Part shown: one piece after another, positions 1 to 13,036 of the stretch
How the letters are laid out: every line of letters begins with the position of its first letter
Numbering within the stretch: position 1 is the stretch's first letter
Origin: Octopus vulgaris
Taxonomy: Eukaryota
Reading direction: 5' to 3'
Assembly: GCA_951406725.2 (NCBI GenBank)
Contig: OX597817.1
Location: forward strand, 97,154,001-97,218,000
Length of the DNA stretch: 64,000 nucleotides
Program-made: the position numbers and the translations under genes
Notes under the pieces: generated by a model
What the model saw: only the letters and a program-made list of their open reading frames with translations
Databases searched by the model: none
Told to the model about the DNA's origin: nothing

Positions 1-2650
1 GATTGGTGGAGTCTTCTCAAGTACAGCAATCTTGGACCATATCTTGGTCCTGTCATCTCCTTCATAAGGTTCAGCATTTTGAGATCAGTCTTCAAAACTA
101 CATCCCATGTCTTCCTGTGTCTCCCTCTTCCACAAATCCCTCCACTTTAAGTGATCAGCACTTCTTTATGCAACTGTCCTCATCCATTTGCATCACACGA
201 TCAAACTAATGCAGTCTCCTCTCTTGCATGCTACATGTAATTCCTCTTATGCCCAACTTCTTCATTGCACCAATGTTCTGTCACACATGCACACTGACAT
301 TGCACATCCAGCAGAGCATACCAGCTTCATTTCTCTTCAGCCTTTGCTTGTTCTCTGCATTCAGGGCTCACATCTCACAACCATGTAGCATCACATTTTG
401 TGCAGTTACATCATACAATCTTCCCTTCACTTGGAAAGAGAGACCTTTGTTTGCTAATGGAGGTAAAAGCTCTCTGAACTTTCTCCATCCTATTCTTATT
501 CTAGCAATTGCACTTCTGTACAACCTCCTCCATTGCTAATGAGGTTACCTAGGTAGCAAAAATTATTTACAACTTCCAGAGAGCAGCCAGGACATTTAAA
601 GAAATCATTTTTCTGAGTGTTGGTGGTCTTTATGTCTCCTGTACATCTTCCATATACAAACACAACTTTCTCTGTTAATCTTCCATAGCATGTACAGGTT
701 ACACCAAATGGAATTTCTGCTTACACCTTTCCTACATATTGAGCAAAGCCATTTACCTGATGGGTGAAGGGGCCTGTCTAATTTCTTGCTTACTAGGACT
801 TTGGTCTTTGCTAAGTTTACTTTAAGACCTTTGATTCCAGGTTCTGTTTCCACACCTGGAATTTCTTTTCTAATTCTGTTACAGATTCTGCTATGAGGGT
901 AGAATCAACAAATGCTAAGTAAAACAGTTTGTTCTTAGCTAAATTCTTCTCTTGCAGTTGCCTATGAAAATAGCATCAGTGGTGCTTCTTCCTGACACAA
1001 AACCAAACTACATTTCATCATGTCTAATTTTGTTCCTAATTAATTGGGCTATAACTCTCTATAACTTATAGAGTTATAGAGAGTTAAAGCGCATAACTCT
1101 CCATAATTGGTCCAGCAATTTGATGCCTCTATAATCTATGGTATCTCCTTTGCCCTTGTTGCAACTGACTATGATGTAGCTGTACCAATCACTAGGGATT
1201 ACACCTTCCTGAATAACCTGATTAACTATACAGGTGACTAGGCTGTAACCAACTCTACTAGATATCTTGAGCATCTTGGCAGTGACTCCTGATGAACCAG
1301 GGGTCTTTTCTCTCTTCATATCTTTAATTGCCTTATCTACCATGCTGCTGTCAACTAGAGTAACTGATCCCTCTGTTGGGTCCACATGAGGAAGACTCCC
1401 TTCCTCCCATTCATTCTCCACATTTAATAGTCTCTCATACTAGCACTTCTACACCTCTTTCATTTCATTGTCAATAAAAGAAAGTATACTATTATCTGTC
1501 CACACACACTTCTCTCCCACAACATCTTGATTCTCTATAACACATTTCTTTCTGCTTCTGTCCTAGCTAGATATACTTGACACCTAGCTTTTCTTTTAGT
1601 TATCTGATATGATTCTTTGCTACCCCAACTCTTCCAGTCTTCCCAGGCCTGTCTCTTCTCTTTTATAGCCCTATCTACCTGCCTATTCCACCACCATGAT
1701 ATCTGTGGTCTGGAGGGAGCTTTGCTTCAACTACAGATTTGGTTTCCACTCTCAGTAGATTGTTCCATAAGAACTTCCAGTTGTCCTCTATGCCATATGT
1801 GTCCATCTTTACCTCCTCATCAAAGGCTTCATTAAGGACATCTCTAAATTTTGCCCATTTGAAGGATCCTTGAGCTTCTAGAACCTCATTTTCCACATTG
1901 ATTTGTATCTCATGATCCTTTGAGCCCTAAGTTTGATGTCGCTAACCACTAACTTATGTTGAGTTGTGTATTTTTCACCAGGGAAAGACTTTACATTCAT
2001 GAGCATAAGCCTGTCCCTGTAGTCAATCTGGCTTGTGTGTCCACCAGATGGCTCACAGATTTCCTGAAGTTGGTGTTGCAAACCATTACATCCTTTGCAT
2101 CACAGAACTCCAGCAGCCTTGTTCCACCCTCATTTCTGGAGCCAATGCCATGGAAGCCATCTGAGTATTTCCAAAATTACCATTGAAGACCTCTGTTATG
2201 AAGGAAACATCTTTGTCTTTGAGGTAGCCTGCTGAAGAGATTCATAGAAATGGCCCTTATGAATATCTGCAAGTCTGACATGTGGAGTATATGCAGAGAT
2301 AAAAGACATTGTTACTTTAAACAAAACTAATCTTAGCTTGATAATCCTATCCCACACCCTAATTACCTCAATCACCTTATCTACTCATTTCTCTGCCAAA
2401 AGAATACCTACATCACCTAAACCATCATTGCTTCCTACTCAGAAGAACTTGTATCTATGTCTCTTGCTCATGAGCAGTCTTGCTAAGGCTCTTCTCTATC
2501 ATATCTTTTGCATGCAGCACACATCTACATGCTTCCACTCAAGCATTTCAACAATCTCAACAAACCTACCTTTCATTGTGCTGACATTGATTATAGCATC
2601 TCTAAGCCTTGTGAACCTGGGAAGCCTGAGAAGTCGTAGGGATGCTTTTC
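1..2650 (-). mobile_element. Degraded RTE-clade LINE (APE endonuclease + RT relics)
   Basis: Minus-strand translation gives NVSTMKGRFVEIVEMLEWKHVDVCCMQ (APE start, ~2520-2590), SGGHTSQIDY..TTQHKLVVSD, KTPGSSGVTAKMLK..IPSDW..KGKGD..YRGIKLL and GLKVNLAKTKVL..GKWLCSICRKGV. Many stops and frameshifts. Confidence 0.8.
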
Positions 2651-2835
2651 AGCACCTGGAAAGAAGATTTTAGTGGTTTCTTGCCTGATGGCAATGGGTC
2701 ATTTGGCTTGGTATAAGCAGGTACAGGTACAGATTGCTACATGAATTACAATTTCTTTCAATTCTATAAAGCCTTTGTGAGTACTCAACTATCGGGTGGG
2801 GTGGTTGGTTCGCAGATAAATTAGAAGTTTTCAAT

Positions 2836-2867
<32 letters not shown>

Positions 2868-2870
2868 TAT

Positions 2871-3075
2871 CAAGGCAGCAAGCTGGCAGAATCACTAGCA
2901 CTCCAGGTGAAATGCTTTGTGGCACTTTGTCTGTTTGCATTTCTGAGTTCAAATTCCACTGAGGTCAACTTTCATCTTTTTGGGGTCAATAAATTAAATA
3001 CCAGTGAAATACTGAGGTCAATATAACCAACTGGTCTCCTCCTCCAAAATTTCAGGCCTTGTGCCTTTAGTAGAA
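2871..3075 (+). mobile_element. tRNA-derived SINE with (TTA)n tail
   Basis: A-box-like TGGCAGAAT, B-box-like GAGTTCAAATTCC, central ..TTTCATC..GGGGTCAATAAA..TACCAG. Paralog at 5040-5250. Preceded by (CAT)n and followed by (TTA)n. Confidence 0.75.
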
Positions 3076-3129
<54 letters not shown>

Positions 3130-3132
<3 letters not shown>

Positions 3133-3699
3133 TAGTTTTATTTTTATTTTTATAGCGTGCTTTCACTTCACTACCGAGCGCAGCTCTGTGTGCCTTGGGT
3201 ATGTGCTGTGATTTGTTGTGATGCTCTGATGGTTATTGTATGGAAAGTGTTCTGCGTAGGATGTGTGCAGTGCCTAGTAGTGCAATTTTCTGTATGTTAT
3301 ATGTGTTTGTAAGTCCTGGTGTTTTTGTTATGTATTTGTCTGAATATTTTTTTATCATGCCTAATGCACCTACTATGATAGGAATTGTTTCTGTTTTCAG
3401 ATTCCACATTCTAGTTACCTCTATTTCCAGGTCTTTGTATTTTTAGAGTTTCTCCATTTCTTTTAGAGACATGTTGTCATCAGCCGGTATTGATACATCA
3501 ATTAGAAAGCATTTTTTTTCTTCATGGTCTCTGACAACTATATGTTGACCTTAATTTCTCTATCTGTGTGTATCGGCATATCCCAGAGTATGGTTGCTTT
3601 CTCGTTTTCTGTGACCTTTTCTGGTGTGTGCCTATACCATCTTTTTTCTGTTGTTATTCCATAATGTTGGCATAGCTTCCAGTGTATGTAGGTTCCAAC
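3130..3699 (-). mobile_element. R4/Dong LINE 3' fragment (restriction-like endonuclease region + 3'UTR), family A
   Basis: VGTYIHWKLC..ILWDMPIHTDRE..LIDVSIP..EKLSKYKDL..QKIALLGTAHILR. Near-identical to 40170-40738. Flanked on both sides by (TTA)n on the + strand. Confidence 0.9.
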
Positions 3700-3735
<36 letters not shown>

Positions 3736-3770
3736 CATTATTATTATTATTATTATTATCATTAGTAGTA

Positions 3771-3825
<55 letters not shown>

Positions 3826-5039
3826 CAGTAGTAGTATTACTATGATTATTAAGGTAACAATTATTCTTTGGCAATGCAGAAGTAGCCACACACACCATAA
3901 TAATATATACTTCTGAATCCTCACCAGCGTTGCATTGTAGACGTATATACATAAACAAACACTCGTACACATAAGTATATACCCATATAGTACGCAGTTG
4001 TAAAACCAGTTCACAGGTTGAAAAAATTGTCAAGTACCCTATTTCTATATCTATATACATACACATACACACATACATATGTGCATAAATATATGTCCAT
4101 AGTACTACAGTGGATATACATCAGCAAGGTAACAAAGATATATGAACATCAACATGTGAGCATGCGCTCAAACCTCCTTGGTTTGAGGTGGCAGTGAGGG
4201 GTGAGTGGGAGGGGAAAATACCAGTTATTAATTCCAGTGGGTGAGCTGTGTGTAGATAGAAGAATAGCTGTTGTTCATAGTGCAAGCATGAAGCAGACGA
4301 TCGATGATAATAATGACACAAAGTGATGCAGACAGATATGACCAGAAGAATTAAAGTGAGAAGCCACAAATTGAAGTGGTTCTCTGCTGCTATGTTAAAA
4401 ATTTAAAAGAGCCTCTCTAAACAGTTTGCTAATCACTGAATAGTGTCTTCAATCGACAGTAAGCTGCAAAGCTGACCCTTCAATAATGTAAGAATTGTTC
4501 TTGGTGGTGCAGGTGAAATAGTTAAGTCCATATAGGGTGGTAACATTTTGGATGAACAGTGGACATGTGAGAAAGTAAAGAATGTAAACTTGGTTTGGCA
4601 AAATGTGAAAGAACTATGAATCAGGGGTTCATGGAGATTGCAGTTACATGTGAAGAAAGGTAGAGGATAATCAGAGAAAATGTAGAAAGTAATCAAGGAA
4701 ATGGAAAGTAGTTGGTGGTAGAGTGGATATAAGACATGAAGATGAATGCACAATCATCATTGCATCTATACTATTGACTGCATCTCCATCCTTATGTCAT
4801 AAAGTTGGAGTCATGACCACAGTGACAGTGAATATGAAGAAATTGTAAATAGGGGTTGGACCTCTTAAATCTGGTACCATATGGTTCAGCACTCTATGGT
4901 TTAGTATATTTTGAATATTCCTCCTGTATTACATTACATTAAAAATAAAAATTCATTCAGAAGCAGTATTAGTTGTATTATTTCCCACTTTAAGCTTTGT
5001 TCAAGCTTTAATAAGACATTAATATATATATATGACATA

Positions 5040-5250
5040 GGCAGTGAACTGGTAGAAGTTTTAGCATGCCAGGCAAATTGCTTAGTGATATTTCATCCAC
5101 TTTATGTTCTGAGTTCAAATTCCACCGAGGTCAACTTTGCCTTTCATCCCCTTCAGGGTCGATAAAATAAGTATCAGTTGAGCCCAAGGGTTGATATAAC
5201 TGATCTATCCCCTCCCCCGAAATTTCTGGCCTTGTGCCAAAATTTGAAAT
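5040..5250 (+). mobile_element. tRNA-derived SINE (same family as 2871-3075)
   Basis: Shares GAGTTCAAATTCCACCGAGGTCAACTTTGCCTTTCATCC..GGGTCGATAAA and GGCCTTGTGCC with the 2871 copy. Confidence 0.75.
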
Positions 5251-5521
5251 CAATATATACATGACATGAAAGGGTAAGGCAATGTTCATATAAGGGCTTC
5301 CCTTAGGGGTCAATTTCTGTTTCCTTGTATTTTCCAGTGGCCCAGCAATGACCAAGACCTAGAATGGGTCTGTTGAATTGGAGCTGATATAGAACTAAAC
5401 AAGAACATGGAATTATTTGCCACCTTAGGTAATATCAGGAAATATGGTATACATGCTATATGTTAACTTTTATCAAATTTCTTACAAAATGATGAAATGA
5501 ATATTAATTTTCAAAAGAAAT

Positions 5522-6606
5522 ATATTTTGGCTGAGAACAAAAGTTCAGACTGTTTTTGTAAGTAAAATTCGAACACAATATTTAGATACTCAACAACATG
5601 TTTCCTTTTGTTCCACTACATTTTGTCATCAATGAGGCAGCTTCATGATCCCATCTTCTCAAAACTTGACTTCTTTCTGGGTCATGGACTTGTCTACATG
5701 ACTTTTATAGTCTTCCAAAGAGTTGAAGTTCTTTTTACAAAAAGAATTTTGTAATGATTGAAATAAATGATAGTCCAAAGGTACATATGGTGGGTGTGGT
5801 AGGACATCTCAGCCAAGCTATACCAATTTCTGCTATAGCATTGTCTTGAATGAAGTTGACATTCTTTTGATTGGTTAATTCTGGAGGTGTTTCATCGATT
5901 ACCTCCTTTAATCAGTCTAATTGGGAACAATGAGTTCTTAATTCAATATGTGATTTTGCAAAAGGAGCTTGTAATACACAAAGACTTTTCAATCCCACCA
6001 GATACAGAGCATCACATATTTTGGATATTGAGGTGGTTAATTTAATTTTCTTTGTGGCTTTTTTTCATGCCACATTGTTGTAAATAATTTGTTTTTCATT
6101 ACCTGCAATCTTCCTTTTCAAAAATTGGTATTTTGTGTTGTTTGAGCAGAGAATTGTACATGGAAATGGGGCTCATTAAATTTTTTTCCCTTAATTTATG
6201 TAGCACCCAAACATCATGATGCCTTATAACATTCATTTGAAATATGTGGAATATCCCTGTGATGTCTCATGTTATGTGACACAGATTATTTTTGATTAGT
6301 GTTTCAATTTGTTCATTATCAATGACTATAGGCCCTGCACATATCATTTTTGCTGATTATTCAGCGTTTTTCCTTTCTGGAAATAAAAGAGCCCCAAATG
6401 ACAAAAATGTGGCACATTTTCTTCCATTTTCACTTTTAATGTGAAAACAGTAGAAATAAACTATCTACAGAGTAATCATAAAGAAGGATGTGATGAACTG
6501 TCACCCTTCAGAAAATATGTTATATGCATATGTCATGTGAGAAACAAAATCACTTGTTTAATGCCACCAAAAGAAAAATGACATGAAGTTTTGTTCCAAC
6601 CCAATA
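5522..6606 (-). mobile_element. Highly degraded mariner DNA transposon
   Basis: Minus strand VMLCIWWD motif near 5990-6015. Imperfect TIRs TATTTTGGCTGAGAACAAAAG / TTTTGTTCCAACCCAATA. Confidence 0.65.
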
Positions 6607-6899
6607 GATTACCTTAAAATGATATTTGATAAAGCTATATTCAAAAAGTAAAAAAAAAGAATTTTTGTTGATTATTGAAGTCCACAACCACTCATCATCT
6701 TCTCTCTTTCATATATACAGGGTGCGATGGATAAATTGTCACCATTTTCTATTTTTAATTTTGTGCATGTGCATTGTTTGTTTCTGATTTTGTTGACTAC
6801 ACAGTATAGCAGGGTCAGTTGGGCACTGTCTGTGAGGAAAACAGCAACATGAGGCAATTTAAAAAACGGTATTCAAATGACATTTTTGACATAAGTGAA

Positions 6900-9132
6900 A
6901 GAAAAAATTATTTTGGCACCAACGGCTACACCAGATGGAGAAGAAACAGGAGGAGGGGAAGACGAAAGTCGTGAAGCCCCTCCTCAAGCCTAAAAGGAAA
7001 AATAAGGTAAATAACATAATTTTTTTTTTATCACGATGATTAAGTTAGGATGTATAAATGTGAATGGCCTGGGGTCGAAATGGAAGCAGACATGCCTCTT
7101 AAACGATGTCAGGTCACAAAAGATAGACATATGCGTTGTGACTGAGTCCAAGCTGAATGGCCCACAGGAATTCTCGCCTCTTCTGAACGACTACAAGAAG
7201 TTTATTTCTCCGAGTCAAAGAAGGGGTAGGGTCATTGTGGTGCTGTTAAAAAAAAGCCTGGACATACAGGTAAGTACAGTCTTTTTAGACCCAGAAGGTA
7301 GGCTGGTTGTTCTAGATGTGACACATGTAAGCAGTCCTTCAGGTTGGTGGCAATCTATGCTCCAAAAGAGGATAGTCAAACAATCTTCTTTCGAGACTTG
7401 GAGAATTTCCTTGTGATGTCGAAAACTTTAGTTTTAACAGGAGACTTCAACACTATTCTCGACGTGCGAGTGAATAGTGTAGGCTTGAATAATAGAAAAG
7501 GAAGCCCTGGCCTAAAAAGGCTACTAGCGAGCTATAAACTAGTAGACTGATACAGACTGGATGAATCGCTCGTTCCATAGTGGACGTGGTCTAATAACGA
7601 CGGTTCATTCAGGTCTTACTTAGATAGGGTTATTATAGGAAGGGCATCCAGCCGTAGAAACATTGCCAGATCAGACTGGGCCTGGTGCAGCCTTCTGGCT
7701 TCCCAGACCCTAGTTGCACCGTCCAACCCATGCCAGCATGGAAAGCGGACGCTAAACGATGATGATGATGATGATGATAGTGATAGAGATATAGTTAGTT
7801 GTCCACATTTTCACTGTGCCTCTTACACAGATCACAAATTTGTGACGTGTGAGGTGCAGTTAGCTAAGTGTCATAGACAGGGGCCCGGGTACTGGAAGTT
7901 GAACAAGTCTATTTTGACTAGTAAAGTCTTCCATACCCGGATTAGGGAGATAGTACAGAGGGCATTATGCGGAGCTATCGTGAACAACAGATGGTGGTGC
8001 ACCCTCAAACGAGCCATTCGTTTAGAGTCTCTCAGATTTAGTAAAGAGCTAAATTTAGAGAGGATTAGAATAGAAGGGCATTTAACTAAGGAATTAGAGG
8101 AGGCCATAGCATCAGGTTCTGCATCCAGAGTGTTGGTGGGAAGAACGGTATTATTCCGGCACCTCCAAGCAAAACATGAAGGGTGTAGAGTCAGGACTAA
8201 GTTACGCACGGTGGGCAGAGAAGGTATTAACGTTGCTGGATGGGCCCGTCATGTGGAGAGTCGGAGAGGCAGAGAAGCCTCTGTACAGTCTTTAATTGAT
8301 GAACAGGGTCACTTGATTGAAGGACAGGCGGAGATGCAGAAGGCCTTTCATCAGCATTTCGCCTGGTTGTTTGGGACGAGTGAGGCGTTGGACCATGGGG
8401 AGACCTTAAGGGAATTCCTGGCTGATGGGCCACGACTCTTGGCAAGTGAAGCGAGGTGCTGTGGAGGTCGAAAAGGTGCTGTCCGAATGTGCTCAGGACA
8501 AGTCACTGGGGCTGGATGGTCTGCCCTACGAGTTTTACAGTAGTATGCCAGACTTGTTTGGACACTTGCTGGCTTGCGTGTCCATGAAATGGCAGCAGAA
8601 TGGGAGAATTCCCAGTTCTGTGAGTCAGGGTGTGGTAACACTAGTCAGAAAAGACCTGAGCAAGGGGGACCATATTAGTAATTTCCGGTAAAGGTGGGGC
8701 ACTGGTCCATTTAGACCAAAGTAAAGCCTTCGATAGGGTCGACCATCGGTACCTGGCAGCAGTCCTTGAGGTGGCTGGGCTGGGCCCAGATTTCTGCGGT
8801 TGGATCAAGGCCATTTATGGTGGCATCAAATCCACAGTTCAGTTGAACGGTTACCATCGGAGCCGTTCAAGATCAGGCGTTCAGTTCGTCAAGGGTGCCC
8901 TCTGTCTCCGCTTCTGTATGTACTGACTCTCAAGCCATTGCTGCAAAAGTTGGAGAAGTTGGGAAGCACCACTAATGAAATTGGATGTGGTAAGAGTGTC
9001 TCTGCATATGCGGATGACGTCACCATCACCGTATCCAAGATGACTCAGCTACATCATGTAGCGGAGGCAATCAGAAGGTATGAGACGGTAGCAGGGGCAA
9101 AAGTTAACATGGACAAGTCCATTGGTTTGTGG
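6900..9132 (+). mobile_element. Degraded Tx1-clade LINE (ORF1 tail, APE endonuclease, RT up to YADD)
   Basis: MIKLGCINVNGL, LTGDFN, GPGYWKLN, KSLGLDGLPYEFY, VRQGCPLSPLLY, SAYADD. Homologous to the intact ORF2 at 16449-19853, with internal deletions. Confidence 0.88.
7640..7780 (+). mobile_element. Short retroposon 3' fragment with (GAT)n tail inserted in the Tx1 relic
   Basis: Interrupts Tx1 homology between SYLDRVII and DIVSCPHF. Ends ..GGACGCTAAAC(GAT)n. Confidence 0.65.
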
Positions 9133-9910
9133 CTCCATTTCGCTGACGACATCATAATCATCGCTGAAACCATGGATCAGCTTCAGACCATGCTGACGGA
9201 GCTCAACATCAAAAGCTCTGCAGTAGGTCTCAAGATGAACCGCATGAAAATGAAGTTCATGCGGTCAGACAATGTACCAACAGGCCAAATGGTGATCGGC
9301 AGTGATGAAATAGAGGAGGTAAAGGAATATGTCTACCTGGTACAGGAAGTGAATATGTGTCGAGATATCGAAAAGGAAATCTCACAGAGAGTAAGGGCCG
9401 GATGGAAGGCGTTTAATGGCATAAGGGATGTGCTCAAGGGAAGGTTGGACAGGACCACCCGCGCCAACCTCATCAACAGTACAGTTCTACCTGCAATGTT
9501 ATATGGTAGTGAAATATGGGCTACCACAAAGAGAGAAGAGCAGAGACTGGTAACGGCTCAAAGAGCCATGGAAAGGTCAATGCTTGGTATCTCGTTGAGA
9601 GAGCTCATCAGTAGCGAGATCATCAGAAAGAAGTCCGGCATGAGGGATGTCATTGCAGAGTATACACGCAGCAAGTTTAGATGGGCTGGACACGTCGCCT
9701 GGCTCACCGATAATCGGTGGACCCGCACAGTTGTCAAGTGGTACCCACGTGAGCGGAAACGACCTCTCGGAAGGCCTCCATGGTGGTGGAGTTACGATTT
9801 CAGGAGGACGATTGGGATCACGTGGATGAGAAAGGTGCAATCCAGAGAGGAGTGGACAGCGTGCTGTGACCAGCGGTGTCAAATGGATGCCCGACGGACT
9901 GGTTGGTCTA
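9133..9910 (+). mobile_element. RTE-like LINE 3' RT fragment, in frame with the upstream Tx1 RT
   Basis: LHFADDIII..GLKMNRMK..YVYL..VLPAMLYGSEIW..KFRWAGHV..KRPLGRPP..W are RTE-type C-terminal motifs. Confidence 0.85.
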
Positions 9911-10059
9911 ATATCCATCAGTCAGGAAAAAATGCACTTGTATATTTCTCAGTAGAGTGGATATATTAATTGAAGTGTATAGTATATAATACTGTACACT
10001 TTGATTGATTAACGCGCGTGTGTGTGTGTGTGTCTATCCTCCCACTTAACAACTGTGCT

Positions 10060-10160
10060 TAGTACCAGGATTAACAAAAGAATAAGTACTGGGATCAATT
10101 CATTCGACTGAAAATACTTCAAGGCAGTTTCCCAGCATGGTTGCAGTCTAATGACTGAAA
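10060..10160 (+). mobile_element. 3' fragment of CORE-like tRNA SINE
   Basis: Matches the 3' ends at 55550-55720 and 62560-62700 (CAGCATGG..GACTGAAACAAGTAAAAGA). Confidence 0.65.
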
Positions 10161-10206
10161 CAAGTAAAAGATAAAAGATGAATAATAATAATAATAATAA
10201 TAATAA

Positions 10207-10763
10207 ATGCCCTGATGCAATACTGGGTACTGGCTCTTATGGCTTCTCATCTTAACAGATTGGAAGTGTTATCATGTACATTGTTTTGTCTTGGTATAAA
10301 AGAGGGCTACATCAAATATTCTGCTCAATACCACAGATTTGCTTGTAAATTGTTAGACTTTAACCAGTTGAGCATGTTCCTTGGTGGCTGACAATATGTG
10401 CATCTCTGATCACAAGTAGAAGTAGTGGGGGAGCATCATAGCCATGTGTTGACAGGAATTCTTTGAGGTTTGGATAATTCACCTTTGGAAACATGAGTGT
10501 TTCATTCAACATCCTTAAACAACCCTTATTCAAGGACCTTTTGAGTGGGATGGGTTACTTGACGAGAAGAAAATTCTAAGTGGGCCCCACCTGCAAGATT
10601 CTGTGCTGTTTATCTTGATATGAGATCACCATGTCATGCACACATGGTTGTGATGCATGTGCCTGGTTTACCCTTCTCAGACGAGTAGTCATGATGGGTA
10701 TACTGGGCTTCATATATTTTACCCCAGTGTCACTTGATGGCATGCACTGCTCTCTGACTAAAC
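10207..10763. mobile_element. 555-bp non-coding interspersed element, copy 1
   Basis: Colinear with copies at 35028, 38460 and 47558. Flanked by (TAA)n and (TGA)n. Confidence 0.85.
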
Positions 10764-10980
10764 AATGATGATGATGATGATAATGACAAAGCAATTGTCA
10801 CATGTGAAAACTCATGTTTAAATAAAAACTAGTTTATAACAGTTCCAAGAGTTACTTATCTATTGACCTCAAACAATGAAGGTCAGATATTGCTTTTATT
10901 TTGACTGGGAAATTACATTACATATACAATTCATTATCTACCTTCAGATATCACTACTGCTGCTGCTGCTGCTGCTGCTG

Positions 10981-11019
<39 letters not shown>

Positions 11020-11099
11020 ACAAGAACAGCAACCTCAACAACAATAATAACAATTCTTATAGACGATCTGATTTTGTGGGAGTAGCTCATAGTAAATAA

Positions 11100-11860
11100 T
11101 GCTTTTGAAGTCTCACCAGACACAAATTATGAGTTTTTTTGAATGAATATTTTGCTTTGAAAGTTGGTTGGAGGATCGTCACACATATTCTAGGATCTTT
11201 TACTCTCTTTATTATGATAAACAATCCTTTTTTTCATCTCCAATTACCAGTTGTTTCAGGAAAAGCTTATTTTTATTATGATTCAAAAGTATATCACAGA
11301 TGGAACACTGGTCCATGCAGTTTAGTTCTGACAATATGTGAGGCACCCAGACATCATAGCAAGAATCAAAGCCATTTTTCACTGAGTATTCGTAAGCTGT
11401 GCTTTTGGAAATTTCCAATTTCTCTGCATGTTTTCTTATCATATTTGAGTTTTCTTCAATGGTTATCTTCAAAATATCATCATCTAAGGTCGAGGGTCTT
11501 CCACTGCGACTATCATCTTCTAAACTGAACTCACCATCTCTAGATTTTACAGATCATCTTCAAACAGTTGATTCACCTAAACTCTGCAAATGATTTTACC
11601 TATTTCTGCAGCATTTTCACCTTTTCTGAAAAAGAAAAGCATTACATGGCAAATATGCAACTTTTAGTCATCCATTTCAAAATGGCAATTAGGGCTGAAA
11701 GGAATAAAATATATGCTGATTCTTAATGTGGAACTTAGCTGATGGTCTTCAATGCTGCAAATAATTCTGAAATAGGAGTCATATTAAGATTAGGATTGTT
11801 GCATGAAGGGCTTAAAGATAGAAATCCTGAAATCACTCAGAACTTTCTGGACAACCTGAT
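11100..11860 (-). mobile_element. Degraded mariner, 5' part
   Basis: VWVPHILSE..FLKQLVIGDEK motifs. Terminal TATCAGGTTGTCCAGAAAGTTC on the minus strand. Confidence 0.75.
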
Positions 11861-11862
11861 AC

Positions 11863-11895
<33 letters not shown>

Positions 11896-11959
11896 TGTAT
11901 GTATGTATATATATGTATGTATATGTATGTGTGTGTACACACACACACATTTTTATTTA

Positions 11960-12800
11960 GTTTTTAAAAGTAGTTCTGTTCTATTTTACTTTATTTTTAA
12001 TTTTAAACTCACCTTTCCCTGATATTTATCTGAATAGCAGGCGTGAGGTGTTTAATCCCTGCCCACATGAAAAGAAGTACATCCTCTCGTATCTGCGTGC
12101 CCCGACATGACTGGTCCCGGCAAAGAATTTGACCAAAGCACATACCAATGCACGTTCCTATAAAGCGGACACCCCACAAAACAGACTGTATCCCATCACT
12201 CCAACATATACCCCTTCACACACATTGTACCCCCCACATACATATAGACTCCCCCGCGCACACATTACACACCACACACTAACATAACCCCTCTCTACAA
12301 CCTTATCCTTTACAAAAAGAAACAGACCAACGAACACAGCCATATATACCTACAACCCCGAAATAATTATGCCCATGACACCACTAGACATTTCACACAC
12401 CCCATCCCTATAGGAGCACCGCGTTTAATAACGCACACTTCCCTCACAAACGCTTTAAGATAACTCTTACCGGTCTCACAGCATACCAAACCAAGGAGCA
12501 TAACTCCTAATCTAATTCCTTGTCCTTTTTCGTTTCACCACCCTGTTTCAAAGCAGCCACTGACCAGATGTGCTAATCCACCTCTGACAATAGAGAGCAT
12601 TCACCATATTTCTTTCCATATCGGCTAACTCTGATGAGCGTAAGGTTAAATAATTGGATTGTTACCTAACACTCCATTGTATTCTTTGCGCGAAACCGAT
12701 TGGCAAAATCAGCCCTGATGGATATATAATACTATATATTTCGGATAATATATCAGCTCTATTGACAGATATACGAGTGCGTCTTTTCCTTGATTTATGG
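11960..12800 (+). mobile_element. Penelope-like element 3' fragment with pseudo-LTR
   Basis: LNSRREVFNPCPHEKKYILS resembles the PLE GIY-YIG C-terminus. Downstream hammerhead-like motif at 12623-12714. Confidence 0.6.
12623..12714 (+). ncRNA. Degenerate PLE-type hammerhead ribozyme motif
   Basis: GGCT..CTGATGA-GCGTAAG..CTTTGCGC-GAAA-CCGATTGG-CA..AGCC. U16.1 is replaced by C. Confidence 0.55.
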
Positions 12801-12835
12801 TCTCTTAGACGACTCACGCACCTATACATGCATGC

Positions 12836-13035
<200 letters not shown>

Positions 13036-13036
13036 A

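Noticed and set aside
3538-4078. Low-complexity ORFs (poly-L/I/N/Y, YI, MYVC repeats) throughout the ORF track
   Set aside because: Translations of microsatellites, not genes.
4100-4900. Possible old TE or exon sequence
   Set aside because: No motif I could assign with confidence.
5320-5435. Plus-strand coding exon between TTTTCCAG and GTAAT
   Set aside because: Stop codons in all three frames.
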